Source: Candidatus Thorarchaeota archaeon (GTDB lineage Archaea; Asgardarchaeota; Thorarchaeia; Thorarchaeales; Thorarchaeaceae). From it: 64,000 nucleotides of DNA. Location: positions 37,070-101,069 of the forward strand of contig JBHIAE010000005.1 in NCBI GenBank assembly GCA_046758445.1. The letters run 5' to 3'. Positions within the stretch are counted from its first letter, which is position 1. Each line of letters starts with the position of its first letter. The position numbers and the translations under genes were made by a program. This document shows positions 49,939-59,799 of this stretch, one piece after another. Below the pieces are notes generated by a model that saw only the letters and a program-made list of their open reading frames with translations, ran no database searches and was not told where the DNA came from.

Positions 49939-50838
49939 TTGACGACCAAACGCATTTCCCGGATTGGACTATTCTCATCTGATCCATGGTCTTCTCGGGT
50001 CGACAGTCTCGAAAAAGCCCTTCAGGGTCTTGGCGTGGAAGTACTTAGAGTAATACCTTGGAAAGTGTCGAGTCATAGTTCCTCACAGAGCCATCGCATT
50101 GTATCGGGAGATCATGATCTCTCTGAACTGGACCTTCTACTCGTCCTTGACTTGGGGGCGAACGACATTGGTACTTTCTTCAGTCGGGTTGGATTCCTTT
50201 CAGCTCTTGCAGAATTGGGTGTTCAAATCGTCAACTCGGTCAACTCGATCCTTCTGATGCGGAACAAGGCTGAAACGATGAGACGGCTCGTATCTGCAGG
50301 CCTGCCTGTGCCCAAGACACTCATAACTGAGTCAATTGAGGATGCGGCAGATTTCATTAGAGAACACTTCCCGTGTGTACTCAAGCCAATCACCGGTTTT
50401 GGTGGACTCGGCGTCCAGTTAATTGATAGAGAGTTCGACCTGGAGAACGTCTATGATTACCTCAAGTTCCACAGCCAAATGTTCGGAAAGGGAGCGTACC
50501 TCCTTCAGGAGTACGTCCGGGGACCCGGGTTCGATATCAGAGCATTCGTTATGGACAAACATGTTGTCGCAACTATGCAGAGAGTAAGCAGTGATGGCTT
50601 TGTCACCAACATTCACGCAGGAGGAAGACCGAGGCCGAACGATGTTGACGTCACCGACCTTGCAGTACGTGCCGCAGTTTCCGTCAGGGGACGCATGGTC
50701 GGAGTGGACATCATCCCAGATCAGGAAGGTGATCTTTGGGTTCTCGAGGTGAATGCCACACCCGGATGGACCGGTCTACAGAAGGTCACTGGCATTGATA
50801 TTGCAGGCAAAATCGCAGAATCATTGACGAGAACCTGA
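49939..50838 (+). CDS. ATP-grasp ligase, RimK-like (alpha-L-glutamate ligase / LysX / CofF type)
   Basis: 'CVLKPITGFGGLGV' followed by 'MVGVDIIPDQEGDLWVLEVNATPGW', the classic ATP-grasp ending. Confidence 0.8.
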   Translation: MTTKRISRIGLFSSDPWSSRVDSLEKALQGLGVEVLRVIPWKVSSHSSSQSHRIVSGDHDLSELDLLLVLDLGANDIGTFFSRVGFLSALAELGVQIVNSVNSILLMRNKAETMRRLVSAGLPVPKTLITESIEDAADFIREHFPCVLKPITGFGGLGVQLIDREFDLENVYDYLKFHSQMFGKGAYLLQEYVRGPGFDIRAFVMDKHVVATMQRVSSDGFVTNIHAGGRPRPNDVDVTDLAVRAAVSVRGRMVGVDIIPDQEGDLWVLEVNATPGWTGLQKVTGIDIAGKIAESLTRT

Positions 50839-50914
50839 CTTGTCATGTTCTGACTGGGACTCATCCATAGATTTTTAAGAGAGCCCTAGAGCGAGAGGAA
50901 TACGCCAGTACCTC

Positions 50915-50965
50915 CAGGGCACGGATTTGTGCTCAAGGGGTCGGAATCCGCCCTGCTTGGCAGGG
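50915..50965 (+). other. Pair of overlapping, mutually exclusive hairpins in the leader of the coiled-coil gene
   Basis: CAGGGC(ac)GGATT...AATCCGCCCTG gives an 11-bp stem with a 2-nt bulge. CCCTGC-ttg-GCAGGG shares nucleotides with that stem's right arm. Confidence 0.35.
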
Positions 50966-50996
50966 ACCGCAAAACGAAATTCTGAGGCTACAGAGT

Positions 50997-52052
50997 TTGA
51001 CAGAAGCAGCCGAAGCAAAGCCAGAGGATATTGAGTACCTCAGGGCCCGCTTGAGAGAGCTCAAGACACAGGCACGTGGGGACCTTGAGGTGTTGAGAAG
51101 AAATCGCGACAAGATGCGCGAATACAAGACTATCAGGGACGAGCACAACAAGGAAGTCCGCAGTCTTATAGAATCAGTGAAGGCTGAAAGAGAAGAGCGA
51201 GATCGAATCAACAAGGAGATCAATGAGGCCAAGCAGCGGCGAACGGCGATTCACGCACAGCTCAAGAGCATCTACGAGGAGATACGTGAGCTTCGAAGCA
51301 ATATCGTTGGAAGCCCTTCCACAGACCAACGTAGGATGATGCGCCACGTCGAAGAATTGGAATGGCGTCAGCAAACAGAACAACTCTCAATGGATGAAGA
51401 GCGGTCGATTGTTGAAGAGATTGCTCGAATCGAAACCAAACTCGTCAAGATTGGCCAGGAGAAGGAGAAACAGGATAGGATCAGTGAGCTAAGAAGGCTT
51501 GCGCGCCGACTGAAAGGAGAGGCATCGGATGCCCACGCAAAGGTTCTGGACTTGTCGGAGCAGTCTCAGGTTCATCATCAAGAGGTTGTCAGAATAAGGC
51601 CTCAGCTAGAGGAGTTCAAGCGGTCTGCAGACACAGCACATCAGAACTTCGTGGAATGGTTGAAGAAGGTGAAAGAGGGCGAAGCAAAGCTCAAGGAAGT
51701 CCGCGACGAGATTGACGACACTTATGGCAAGATAAGAAAGCACGAGTCTGAGCAACGGGACAATGCTCGCTCCGAGAAGCGCGAGATTCAGAAAGCTCAG
51801 GAGCAAGAGCGCCAGGACGCAGCAGTCGAGAAGCTCCAGGCTGGCAAACGCCTAACCTTCGACGAGTTCATTCTTGCCCAGCGCGGAGTCGCTGATGATA
51901 AGAAACAGTCCAGGAAGCGAAGAGATCGAGATGAATCAGCTGATGAAGAGGTTTCCAAAGAAACTCCAGAGGGACCATCCAAAGTTGAAGCCCCAGTTGA
52001 AGTGACTGAGGCCGGAGAATCATCAACTGAAGAAGTCGACAAAGAGGAATAG
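50997..52052 (+). CDS. Coiled-coil protein, highly charged (K/E/R-rich)
   Basis: 351 aa with almost continuous heptad-like charged sequence. The TTG start is from the ORF call, so the real start is uncertain. Confidence 0.5.
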   Translation: MTEAAEAKPEDIEYLRARLRELKTQARGDLEVLRRNRDKMREYKTIRDEHNKEVRSLIESVKAEREERDRINKEINEAKQRRTAIHAQLKSIYEEIRELRSNIVGSPSTDQRRMMRHVEELEWRQQTEQLSMDEERSIVEEIARIETKLVKIGQEKEKQDRISELRRLARRLKGEASDAHAKVLDLSEQSQVHHQEVVRIRPQLEEFKRSADTAHQNFVEWLKKVKEGEAKLKEVRDEIDDTYGKIRKHESEQRDNARSEKREIQKAQEQERQDAAVEKLQAGKRLTFDEFILAQRGVADDKKQSRKRRDRDESADEEVSKETPEGPSKVEAPVEVTEAGESSTEEVDKEE

Positions 52053-52119
52053 TTTAGCTAGTTGTTTCCAGTTGCAGCAATCCTCCACCATAGGTCCTAC
52101 CACCCGAATACCTTAATAC

Positions 52120-53157
52120 GTGCCACTTTTAGCAGGCGCAATGCTGAGGAGCGTGGACCAAAGAGAAGCGTTTCTTTCTTGCTCACGATGGTTGCTGATA
52201 TCTATGGTGGCAGAGAACATCGAGGTCAAAATATCTGGGCTAACAAAGAACTTTGACGAAATCATTGCCGTGGACCACATGGAGTTGGATGTTCCAGAGG
52301 GCTGCATCTTCGGTCTTCTAGGACCCAACGGGGCCGGCAAGAGTACTACAATTCGCCTTCTATGTACACTCCTCAAGCCTGTAGAAGGTACAGCAGAGGT
52401 AGCAGATTTCGACATCTTGCAAGCACCAGTGGAAGTACGTCAGGCAACAGGTGTCCTTCCCGAGGAGGCAAACCACACGCTCTATCCAAACATGACTGCC
52501 TACGAGAATCTGGAGTACTTCGGTAGACTATATGGAGTTCCAGAGGATGAGATACCTAGACGTATTCAGGAGCTCTTGGAGTTCATGGAGCTGTGGGAGC
52601 GAAAAGATGACAAGGCGGGGGAGCTTAGCACCGGCAACCGGCAAAGACTAGCTCTCTGCAGGGCACTTCTGCACAAGCCGCAAGTGCTTCTTCTAGATGA
52701 ACCAACTGCCGCACTGGACCCTATCGCGGCGAAACGTGTAAGGGAACTCATCCTGAATCTTTCAAAGCAGTCTGGGCAGACGTTCTTCATAAACAGCCAC
52801 AATCTTGCAGAAGTCCAACGAATATGCGACAGGATTGCAATCATAGACGAAGGGAAGATTCTGCTTGCTGGGAAGACAGCTGAGCTTCGTGAGAAACTGC
52901 AGGCTCAACAGGAGTTTAGGATTAGAGTACATGGTGACTTGAGTGAGGCGGAAGCCATAGCAAAGTCAACCGACTATGTCGAGTCAGTTCAGACAGAGGT
53001 GGATTCGCTTCTTGTGGTGATCACTGATCCCATCAATAACAACTCGAGGCTTATGAGAACCCTTCTGGATGCGGGGGTCAAGATTGTCGAGTTTGCCGAA
53101 GAAGAGGCCACACTGGAAGACCTCTACCTTGAGGTCATCAAAGGAGGTGGCAATTAG
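52120..53157 (+). CDS. ABC transporter ATP-binding protein (ABC-2 subfamily)
   Basis: Walker A 'GLLGPNGAGKSTT', signature 'LSTGNRQRLAL' and Walker B 'VLLLDEPT'. Confidence 0.85.
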   Translation: MPLLAGAMLRSVDQREAFLSCSRWLLISMVAENIEVKISGLTKNFDEIIAVDHMELDVPEGCIFGLLGPNGAGKSTTIRLLCTLLKPVEGTAEVADFDILQAPVEVRQATGVLPEEANHTLYPNMTAYENLEYFGRLYGVPEDEIPRRIQELLEFMELWERKDDKAGELSTGNRQRLALCRALLHKPQVLLLDEPTAALDPIAAKRVRELILNLSKQSGQTFFINSHNLAEVQRICDRIAIIDEGKILLAGKTAELREKLQAQQEFRIRVHGDLSEAEAIAKSTDYVESVQTEVDSLLVVITDPINNNSRLMRTLLDAGVKIVEFAEEEATLEDLYLEVIKGGGN

Positions 53158-53915
53158 TGACCCGCAATAAGTCCATGGTTGTCGCGATGGCTGACTTCAA
53201 GGCTGCGATGGCTCTTCGTTTTGTGAAGTTTGGTCTGATTGGATTGGGGGCTCTTGGACCAATCATGGCTGTCTTCACGGTTGTGAGTGTGGTGTTATTG
53301 ATGCCTCCGGGTCCTGAGCTTGACTTGATTATACGGTTCTTGGCTCCAATGGTGGCAACATTTCTCGCAATATTCGCCATAATCCCTGCCTCAATGATCT
53401 CGGCCAATTCTTTCGTCGGTGAAAAGGAGCAGAACACCTTGGAACCGCTTCTGGCAACCCCATTGACGGATAGAGAGCTGTTGGTGGGCAAGATTCTGAG
53501 TTCTCTGATTCCCAGTGGCATCTTGCTCTTTGGCGGGACAGCTGCGTCAATCTTGGCTGAGAACGTGATTCTCATGGCCTTCGGTCGTCCATTCATTCTT
53601 TTGCCCGATGTCCCTGGGATTATCTTCGTATCGCTCGCAGGACCACCAATGATCTTGGCTGTAGTGTCGTTCATGATTCTAATCAGCGGACGCGTAGGCC
53701 GTGTCTATGAGGCCTATCAGATGAGCATGTTGGTAGCCATAGTCATCATAGCCCCAATGATCGTGCCATCCTTGTTTATCGAAGCAGGACTCGACCAGTC
53801 AGTTGTGATGATGACATACATCGCAACGATTTTGATTGCTGTGGTGCTTATGGTGGTGACCATGGCTCTTGCTGTTAGGCGATTCAACCGGGACACAATG
53901 ATAAGAACGGTATAA
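53157..53915 (+). CDS. ABC-2 type transporter permease
   Basis: Six TM segments. The start overlaps the ATPase stop, which suggests translational coupling. Confidence 0.6.
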   Translation: MTRNKSMVVAMADFKAAMALRFVKFGLIGLGALGPIMAVFTVVSVVLLMPPGPELDLIIRFLAPMVATFLAIFAIIPASMISANSFVGEKEQNTLEPLLATPLTDRELLVGKILSSLIPSGILLFGGTAASILAENVILMAFGRPFILLPDVPGIIFVSLAGPPMILAVVSFMILISGRVGRVYEAYQMSMLVAIVIIAPMIVPSLFIEAGLDQSVVMMTYIATILIAVVLMVVTMALAVRRFNRDTMIRTV

Positions 53916-53954
53916 TGGAAGTGAGGGCTGCCAGTCCTCTCCTCCCTTTCATTG

Positions 53955-54488
53955 CTAGTCTTTCAACTTCCTGAGCCCTGCAGGATATCTCCTTGCGAGA
54001 TCGCGATAGATTTCCTTGAATCTTCTCAATTCTTCCTTGTGATGGTCTTTGACATCACCTATCACCTTGGCGGGCACACCAACTGCAATCTTCTCAGCAG
54101 GAATCTCAGAATACTGCCTGACAACGGCGCCCTCACCAACTATCGCCCACTTGCCCACGACAGCATAGTCTGAAACAATAGCCCCCATGCCAATAACTGC
54201 TTCGTCTTCTATCGTCGCATTATGTACTATGCAGCCGTGTCCAAGAGTGACATTGGTCCCGACTGTAGTAGTTTCATCTGGTCTGGCATGGATGATAACG
54301 TTGTCTTGAATGCTACACCCATCACCAACACGAATCTCACCATAGTCTCCCTTGACGACTGCCCCGGGTGCCACATAACACTCCTCTCCAAGAGTCACTC
54401 TCCCAAGGACAGACGCCGAATGGCTAACATAGGTGTTCTTACCGATTTCAGGAATCCGACCTTCAAATTCGTACACGGTCATCGTCAA
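53955..54488 (-). CDS. Gamma-class carbonic anhydrase-like / hexapeptide-repeat (LbH) protein
   Basis: Left-handed beta-helix hexapeptide repeats and N-terminal 'FEGRIPEIGKNTYV', typical of gamma-CA/PaaY-like proteins. Confidence 0.75.
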   Translation of the reverse strand: MTMTVYEFEGRIPEIGKNTYVSHSASVLGRVTLGEECYVAPGAVVKGDYGEIRVGDGCSIQDNVIIHARPDETTTVGTNVTLGHGCIVHNATIEDEAVIGMGAIVSDYAVVGKWAIVGEGAVVRQYSEIPAEKIAVGVPAKVIGDVKDHHKEELRRFKEIYRDLARRYPAGLRKLKD

Positions 54489-54657
54489 GACCTGGTTTCG
54501 TTCTATTCATTTCCGTTATTAGATTGAGGGTTTCTGAACAGACATTAAGGCTAAGATGCGCCATTGCGTCGTACTCCGAAGCCCTCCGAAACGTTAAAGG
54601 CCTACCCCTGCGAAGGTCTGTCGGAAGGCTCGTAGGAAGAGTCGGAGATGTTACCAG

Positions 54658-55056
54658 ATGCCCCAAGAGAAACTGAGTCCCGATGAGATTCCTCTTTTCC
54701 CAATCCTGAGGGGAGAGTCTGTTGGTCAAGATGGCGAATTCTCAGGTCACGTTTTCATTGTCCGTAGACCAGAGGACACTGATCGGGAGTGGGCTTCTGA
54801 TGACATTGCAGTACTAGACAGCGAAACAGAGTCCTTCTTCAATGAGAATCCAGGAGCTTTGGACAAACTCTTTCAGAATGTTTCGGCAGTACTTTCTGAG
54901 TTCGGAGAGGCAATGGGTCAATTCTCGTCCATAGCCTATGAGCGAGAGGCCATTTGTGTTGTGAAGGTGCCAGATGCAAGCCATGTGCTTGAAAATGGGA
55001 TGCACATTCGTGTTACCGCCACGGAGAATCAAGGTGACATATACTTCATCGATTGA
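54658..55056 (+). CDS. Hypothetical protein
   Basis: 132-aa ORF with faint resemblance to a PEP-utilizer mobile domain, but it lacks the phospho-His. Confidence 0.35.
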   Translation: MPQEKLSPDEIPLFPILRGESVGQDGEFSGHVFIVRRPEDTDREWASDDIAVLDSETESFFNENPGALDKLFQNVSAVLSEFGEAMGQFSSIAYEREAICVVKVPDASHVLENGMHIRVTATENQGDIYFID

Positions 55057-55134
55057 AACGTTCGCAAATCATCAAGGATTTATGTCACGTCTAGTTCAAG
55101 ACTCGCGTGCACTTGCACAAGTGGAGCGAGGAGT

Positions 55135-56151
55135 TTGAGATCACGCTACATCCTACTTGACTGGTCTGGTGTCAGGCGGATTCAGTTTCGTGTAGTTCTT
55201 GGGAGTGCTTTGCTCTTCATCACGTATAGTATCATACTTCTGCTCTACTGTTCAGTCGCCCAATGGATTCTCCTAGCGTTTCTGCTGGTTTCAACCCAGA
55301 TTGGCGTTGGACTGGTCTTCACGCGATACTACCAGACGGTAGGCATGCTGGCCAAGGAGAAACTGACCTTCTTGGATTCTTCCGAATTGGCCGGCGAGTG
55401 GGAGTCCGTGGAGGAGGAAGTCAGTATCGAGGAGATGCCGCGTATCTTTCAGGAGCTTGATGAGAGGTTGGGAGGTTTGGAACCGCAGGTAGATGACATT
55501 CTAGACCTCGCTTGGTTCTTCATTATCGTATGGGCTGCGGTTTCAACAGCTCTGGTAGTATTGTTTGGCAGTTCTCCAATTCTGTGCTTGAGCCCTTCTC
55601 CGATTTTGGCCATGATATGTGTTGCTTGCTACTACAACGGTTATCAGAGTGGGAAAGGCGAAATATCCGCAGACCATCTGGAGCACTTGGAACACCTTGC
55701 GCTCTCAAGGCTGTCAGCAATTCAGTCGATAGCGTCAAACAGTTTCTTTCAACCTTTTGTCCAGTGGATGCAGAAGCAGGAGTTCCGTGTCCTGTCAGAC
55801 CTTGGAGTCCATTTGATCGGTTCCGCTGTGGAGGTGACAGGTGCAGTTATCAGATATTCAGTTGGATTCTCATCGGGCGATAAGGAGCATATCGAGGTAC
55901 TGCTCTCGGAGGTGCCTGATCCTGATTTCCAAAGCGCAGTAACACGCCTGGATTCCGATTTGGGTTCAAGATGGATTCTAACAACGGATTCAGGACCACA
56001 AATGCACAAGTTCCGTTTTGCAAATGCCATTGACAGTCCCAGCCTGAGAAGACACGCGTCACTGATCCGGAGTCCTTCTGAGCAGGAGAAGGCAACGCGA
56101 GTAGTAGCCAAGATACTAGAATCGTTGCTGCAGCTCGTAGGCCCTGAGTGA
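55135..56151 (+). CDS. Hypothetical membrane protein (N-terminal TM helices plus soluble C-terminal half)
   Basis: Four or five hydrophobic segments in the first 170 aa. Confidence 0.45.
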   Translation: MRSRYILLDWSGVRRIQFRVVLGSALLFITYSIILLLYCSVAQWILLAFLLVSTQIGVGLVFTRYYQTVGMLAKEKLTFLDSSELAGEWESVEEEVSIEEMPRIFQELDERLGGLEPQVDDILDLAWFFIIVWAAVSTALVVLFGSSPILCLSPSPILAMICVACYYNGYQSGKGEISADHLEHLEHLALSRLSAIQSIASNSFFQPFVQWMQKQEFRVLSDLGVHLIGSAVEVTGAVIRYSVGFSSGDKEHIEVLLSEVPDPDFQSAVTRLDSDLGSRWILTTDSGPQMHKFRFANAIDSPSLRRHASLIRSPSEQEKATRVVAKILESLLQLVGPE

Positions 56152-56215
56152 ATACTCCTGTGATGGAGATAAAGACTCTGTCAGTCCCGCGATATACATA
56201 AGGGTCCTTACTCTA

Positions 56216-57571
56216 GTGATGCCAAGTGCATGCTCGATGAAGGTCAAGCTAAAGATAGAAACACAGTGGCTTGAGCTAGAGAGAAAGAGCATGCTGAAGA
56301 TGCTTGAAAGATACAGGTCATGGGAACGGGAAACCCTTCAGAGAGCCAGGGACGCCAAGGATCTGCGAGGACTAAGGGATGTGTTCTACGAGCTTGGCGA
56401 TAGGTGGGAGTGGGCACAGACAGCTGGAGCATGGTTGTCAAGTGGTGTGCCCCTTGATACTATAGGTTTAGTCATTAGAATGCCTGGTCTTCAACCGAAC
56501 AAGGAGAGATACGTCGTCTACGCTGTGATGGCCTATTCCAAGGGTGTTACGAAGAAGTTCGATCATCTTGGAGACAAGGAACGAGTGATTATAGAGCGTG
56601 ATGTCGAAAGTGGTCAGATTGTATGTTGGTCAACGACTGGACACGGTGCGGTAGACATCTTTCCCATTGATGTCACCAAATTCTCTACCGTAGAGATGGC
56701 GCTTGATGGCTGCTATTTGGTTGCTCAGCCAGGGGATCATGCCCTTAGACTTGAGTGCCCAACCATCGAAGGAATCATCCCGATGCTAGCACACCGCCTG
56801 TGGGAGATTGCAGGAGGTGACAAGTCATTCTCGCTAAGAACGATAGATGTTCTCGATGCAAGTGATGTTGAAGAGTTTCTTGACTTTAGGTTCCATAGAT
56901 TTGCCAAGGCTGTTATTGAGCTGGAACGCATCTGGACGACTCTGAGTGGCGGGACAGTTGCTAGAGCCCGAGAGGCAGTTCTTGACCAAGTTCCAGATCA
57001 TATAGAGAAACGGAACAAGGAGATTCTTAGAAGGATTGAAGGACTTCTTCATGTTCTGTGGTTCAAACCACCATCTAAGCAACTCCAGTCAATCCGAACG
57101 ATGTACGAAGAGATTGTGTCCGAACCAACTCCCACTGAGGTTCAACGCGAGCTCCAACCACATCTAGGCGAGCTGCTCTATAGCCTGACCGATGTTCTTG
57201 AGAAGGCCAAGTTCCTCAAGTGGAGAAGTGTCCTAGAGAGAAGAGAATTCACAGAGAGTGATGTGTTTCGCAACTTAGAATTGTCTGCTTTAGCGAAGGA
57301 GGCATTGGCGGCCGCACTAGAGGACATCCTAGTAGATCATTCTCTTTCATACATCGGATATCCAGAGCGGGCAACGATTAGAAAGAAGATTGTACGCACT
57401 TTCTTTGGCGTGGCTGCTCTTCCAATCCGCCTGGCGTTCTCCTTCAAACATTGGCTAACGAAAACGATCCTCCGACTATTGCCCAAGAGAACCGAAGAAG
57501 AGGAAGAGAACTCGAGTGAGAAGAGTGCTGAAGAGCAGGATCCTGATTCTCAACAATCACCTAGTGCTTAG
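56216..57571 (+). CDS. Hypothetical protein
   Basis: 451-aa ORF with an acidic C-terminus. Confidence 0.45.
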   Translation: MMPSACSMKVKLKIETQWLELERKSMLKMLERYRSWERETLQRARDAKDLRGLRDVFYELGDRWEWAQTAGAWLSSGVPLDTIGLVIRMPGLQPNKERYVVYAVMAYSKGVTKKFDHLGDKERVIIERDVESGQIVCWSTTGHGAVDIFPIDVTKFSTVEMALDGCYLVAQPGDHALRLECPTIEGIIPMLAHRLWEIAGGDKSFSLRTIDVLDASDVEEFLDFRFHRFAKAVIELERIWTTLSGGTVARAREAVLDQVPDHIEKRNKEILRRIEGLLHVLWFKPPSKQLQSIRTMYEEIVSEPTPTEVQRELQPHLGELLYSLTDVLEKAKFLKWRSVLERREFTESDVFRNLELSALAKEALAAALEDILVDHSLSYIGYPERATIRKKIVRTFFGVAALPIRLAFSFKHWLTKTILRLLPKRTEEEEENSSEKSAEEQDPDSQQSPSA

Positions 57572-58325
57572 GGAGGCAGTCTAAGCGGAGTATTAGGTCC
57601 CTTGAAGATGTCCAGAAGTTCGAGCGGTGATTCAAGAAGAATTGCCCTTCAGGTGCTTTCTTGGCTTCGTGCGGAGTAGCCCATGTGAGAAGGACGGGCA
57701 GCATCTCAGCCCGAATAGCTGCTTTGATGTCAGCTCCCACATAATTGCCGACGAATGCACACAATCTTGGGTTGACTCCCAGTTTCTGAGAAGCTCTGAG
57801 AAGAGTATAAGGACTGGGCTTGGCGTATCCCGGTATGCCAGTCCATTCGACTACTGAGAAGATGTCTTGAAGGCCGCTCCTCTCTATTACTCCAATTGGA
57901 TTATCATGCCTCCGCGCGCAGATTCCTAACTGGTAGCCTCTTCGATAGAGCTCATCCAGCGCCTGAATTGACTCCTCTATGAAGAACTCAAAGTCTGTGC
58001 TAGTTGTCACGCGTTTCCACTTAGACTCAATACTCATCAAAAGGTCGTCTGGTAGTTCCTTGAATCCCAGTGTTTCAAAAGCAATGCCAACTGCAGGAAC
58101 CCAATGCTCTGGGAGTTCGCCCCAAGACGGTTCCACATTCTCTTTTACTTGGTACTCTTGTAGCCACTCCTCCGCTTTCAGAAATGCGTCATTTAGCTCG
58201 TCGTCACTGAAAAGTGAGAGGTCAAGTTCGTGTTCCTTTGAGATCCTTCTCATCAGTGACTGTAGACTCTCTTTCAACTGCGTCAAGGTGTGGTGGAGAT
58301 CGAAGAGGAGAGCGGCGATGTGCAT
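57561..58325 (-). CDS. HAD-superfamily hydrolase
   Basis: N-terminal 'IAALLFDLHHTL' (motif I variant) and C-terminal 'AFVGNYVGADIKAA' (motif IV-like). Confidence 0.5.
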   Translation of the reverse strand: MHIAALLFDLHHTLTQLKESLQSLMRRISKEHELDLSLFSDDELNDAFLKAEEWLQEYQVKENVEPSWGELPEHWVPAVGIAFETLGFKELPDDLLMSIESKWKRVTTSTDFEFFIEESIQALDELYRRGYQLGICARRHDNPIGVIERSGLQDIFSVVEWTGIPGYAKPSPYTLLRASQKLGVNPRLCAFVGNYVGADIKAAIRAEMLPVLLTWATPHEAKKAPEGQFFLNHRSNFWTSSRDLILRLDCLPKH

Positions 58326-58450
58326 GCCTACGAAGAAACTGAGCCTCTCTTAGGTTCATTTTGGTATCGTAGAGCCGCTAATACTGTAAAGCAGAATAAG
58401 CACGGTCAGATTAAAATAGCAGCCGTCAGAAGCCCGTTGGAGCTAATGCG

Positions 58451-59638
58451 ATGACCAAGCTTGGGATAATTGGGAATGGAGTCGCAGCCACCTCCGCCAT
58501 TCGAGAGATTAGAAATCTGGACTCAGAGGTTGAGATTGACGTCTACTCGGATGAACGTCATCCATACTATCCAAAACCGAATCTCATGGAGTACATGAGC
58601 GGAGAACGTACCTTGAAGGAAGTCATACGGTACGATGCTGACTGGTACGATCAGGTCAATGCTAATCTGCGTCTATCAACTCCGGTGACGCACATAGATT
58701 CAGGGATACGAGGTCTCTCTACTCCTTCTGGAGTCTTCTCCGGCTACGATTCACTTCTTATAGCAGTCGGGTCGATTCCCTTCGTTCCGCCTTTCGAAGG
58801 AATGAACAAGAAGAATGTACATGTTCTCCGGACTCTTGACGATGCAATTGACATAAAGGAGGCAGTCAAGGGCGCAGGGAGAGAGATCATAGTTGGTGGA
58901 GGAATCCTAGGGATTGAGCTGGCCGCTGCTATCAAGAGAATCGGGGGTGATCCCATAGTTGTGACCAATGTTGACAAACTACTTCCGATTCAGCTTGACG
59001 GTGGCGCGAGTGAGATTCTTCGTCGACATCTAGACAAGATGGGAGTTCCAACTTTGTTGGGTTTCACATGCAGGGGAGTGGTTGGTGGCGACTCTGTTGC
59101 CGGAGTCATATCCACTTCGGGCGACACAATTGAAGGAGACCTCGTTGTGGTGGCCACCGGCGTGCGCTCCAATGTGGAGCTCGCCAGAAGTTCGAATCTA
59201 AGCATAAATCGTGGCATTGCTGTGGATGACTTCATGAGGACTTCTGCTCCCGGCATCTATGCAGCGGGGGACTGCGCAGAGTGGAATGGCTCATGGTTTG
59301 GGATAGTCCCATGGGCTCTATCAACAGCGAAGATAGCAGCTCAGAACATGATTGAATCGGGAAGCGCCAGATTCAGTGGAATCACACCATCTAACACTCT
59401 ACAAGTCGCAGGTATCGACCTGACATCAGTAGGAGTCGTGCACGTAGATTCACCTGACTATGATCAGATAGTTTCTGTGGATCGTGACAATGGAAGATAC
59501 TACAAGGCCGTGACCAAAGAGAATACTGTCGTTGGAGGAATTGCTCTAGGGAATCGGAAAGTCGCAATGAAGCTCCGCACCTTCATCTCGCAGAAGACCG
59601 ACATATCCGACATTCGAGAATCAATCTTCGAGGTGTAG
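58451..59638 (+). CDS. FAD/NAD(P)-dependent pyridine nucleotide-disulfide oxidoreductase (NADH oxidase / CoA-disulfide reductase / rubredoxin reductase-like)
   Basis: Rossmann motif 'LGIIGNGVAATSA', a second dinucleotide motif 'IIVGGGILGIELAAA' and 'YAAGDCAE'. Confidence 0.8.
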   Translation: MTKLGIIGNGVAATSAIREIRNLDSEVEIDVYSDERHPYYPKPNLMEYMSGERTLKEVIRYDADWYDQVNANLRLSTPVTHIDSGIRGLSTPSGVFSGYDSLLIAVGSIPFVPPFEGMNKKNVHVLRTLDDAIDIKEAVKGAGREIIVGGGILGIELAAAIKRIGGDPIVVTNVDKLLPIQLDGGASEILRRHLDKMGVPTLLGFTCRGVVGGDSVAGVISTSGDTIEGDLVVVATGVRSNVELARSSNLSINRGIAVDDFMRTSAPGIYAAGDCAEWNGSWFGIVPWALSTAKIAAQNMIESGSARFSGITPSNTLQVAGIDLTSVGVVHVDSPDYDQIVSVDRDNGRYYKAVTKENTVVGGIALGNRKVAMKLRTFISQKTDISDIRESIFEV

Positions 59639-59799
59639 TGAAGGACCACTGGCCTGCTTCTTCGAAAGGTAGGTGTTCTGAGATGCGACCAGAAGTCATG
59701 CTGAAATGAGAGTTCTATCTCCCATGAAAAAGCGATTTCTCGGCCCTTAAATCGTAACCTCTGACACATGAGGACAGTCTATCCTGCCGATGAGGTGTA

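Noticed and set aside
50901-50975. Possible tRNA or tRNA fragment (GGGGTCGGAATCCGCCC resembles a T-arm)
   Set aside because: No acceptor stem, D-arm or anticodon arm can be built on either strand. The T-loop lacks the T-Psi-C consensus. I interpret it as a pair of regulatory hairpins instead.
54658-55056. PEP-utilizing enzyme mobile domain
   Set aside because: The segment 'SSIAYEREAICVV' resembles the 'TSHAAIIARELGIP' region but the phospho-acceptor His is replaced by Ser. It is too weak to call.
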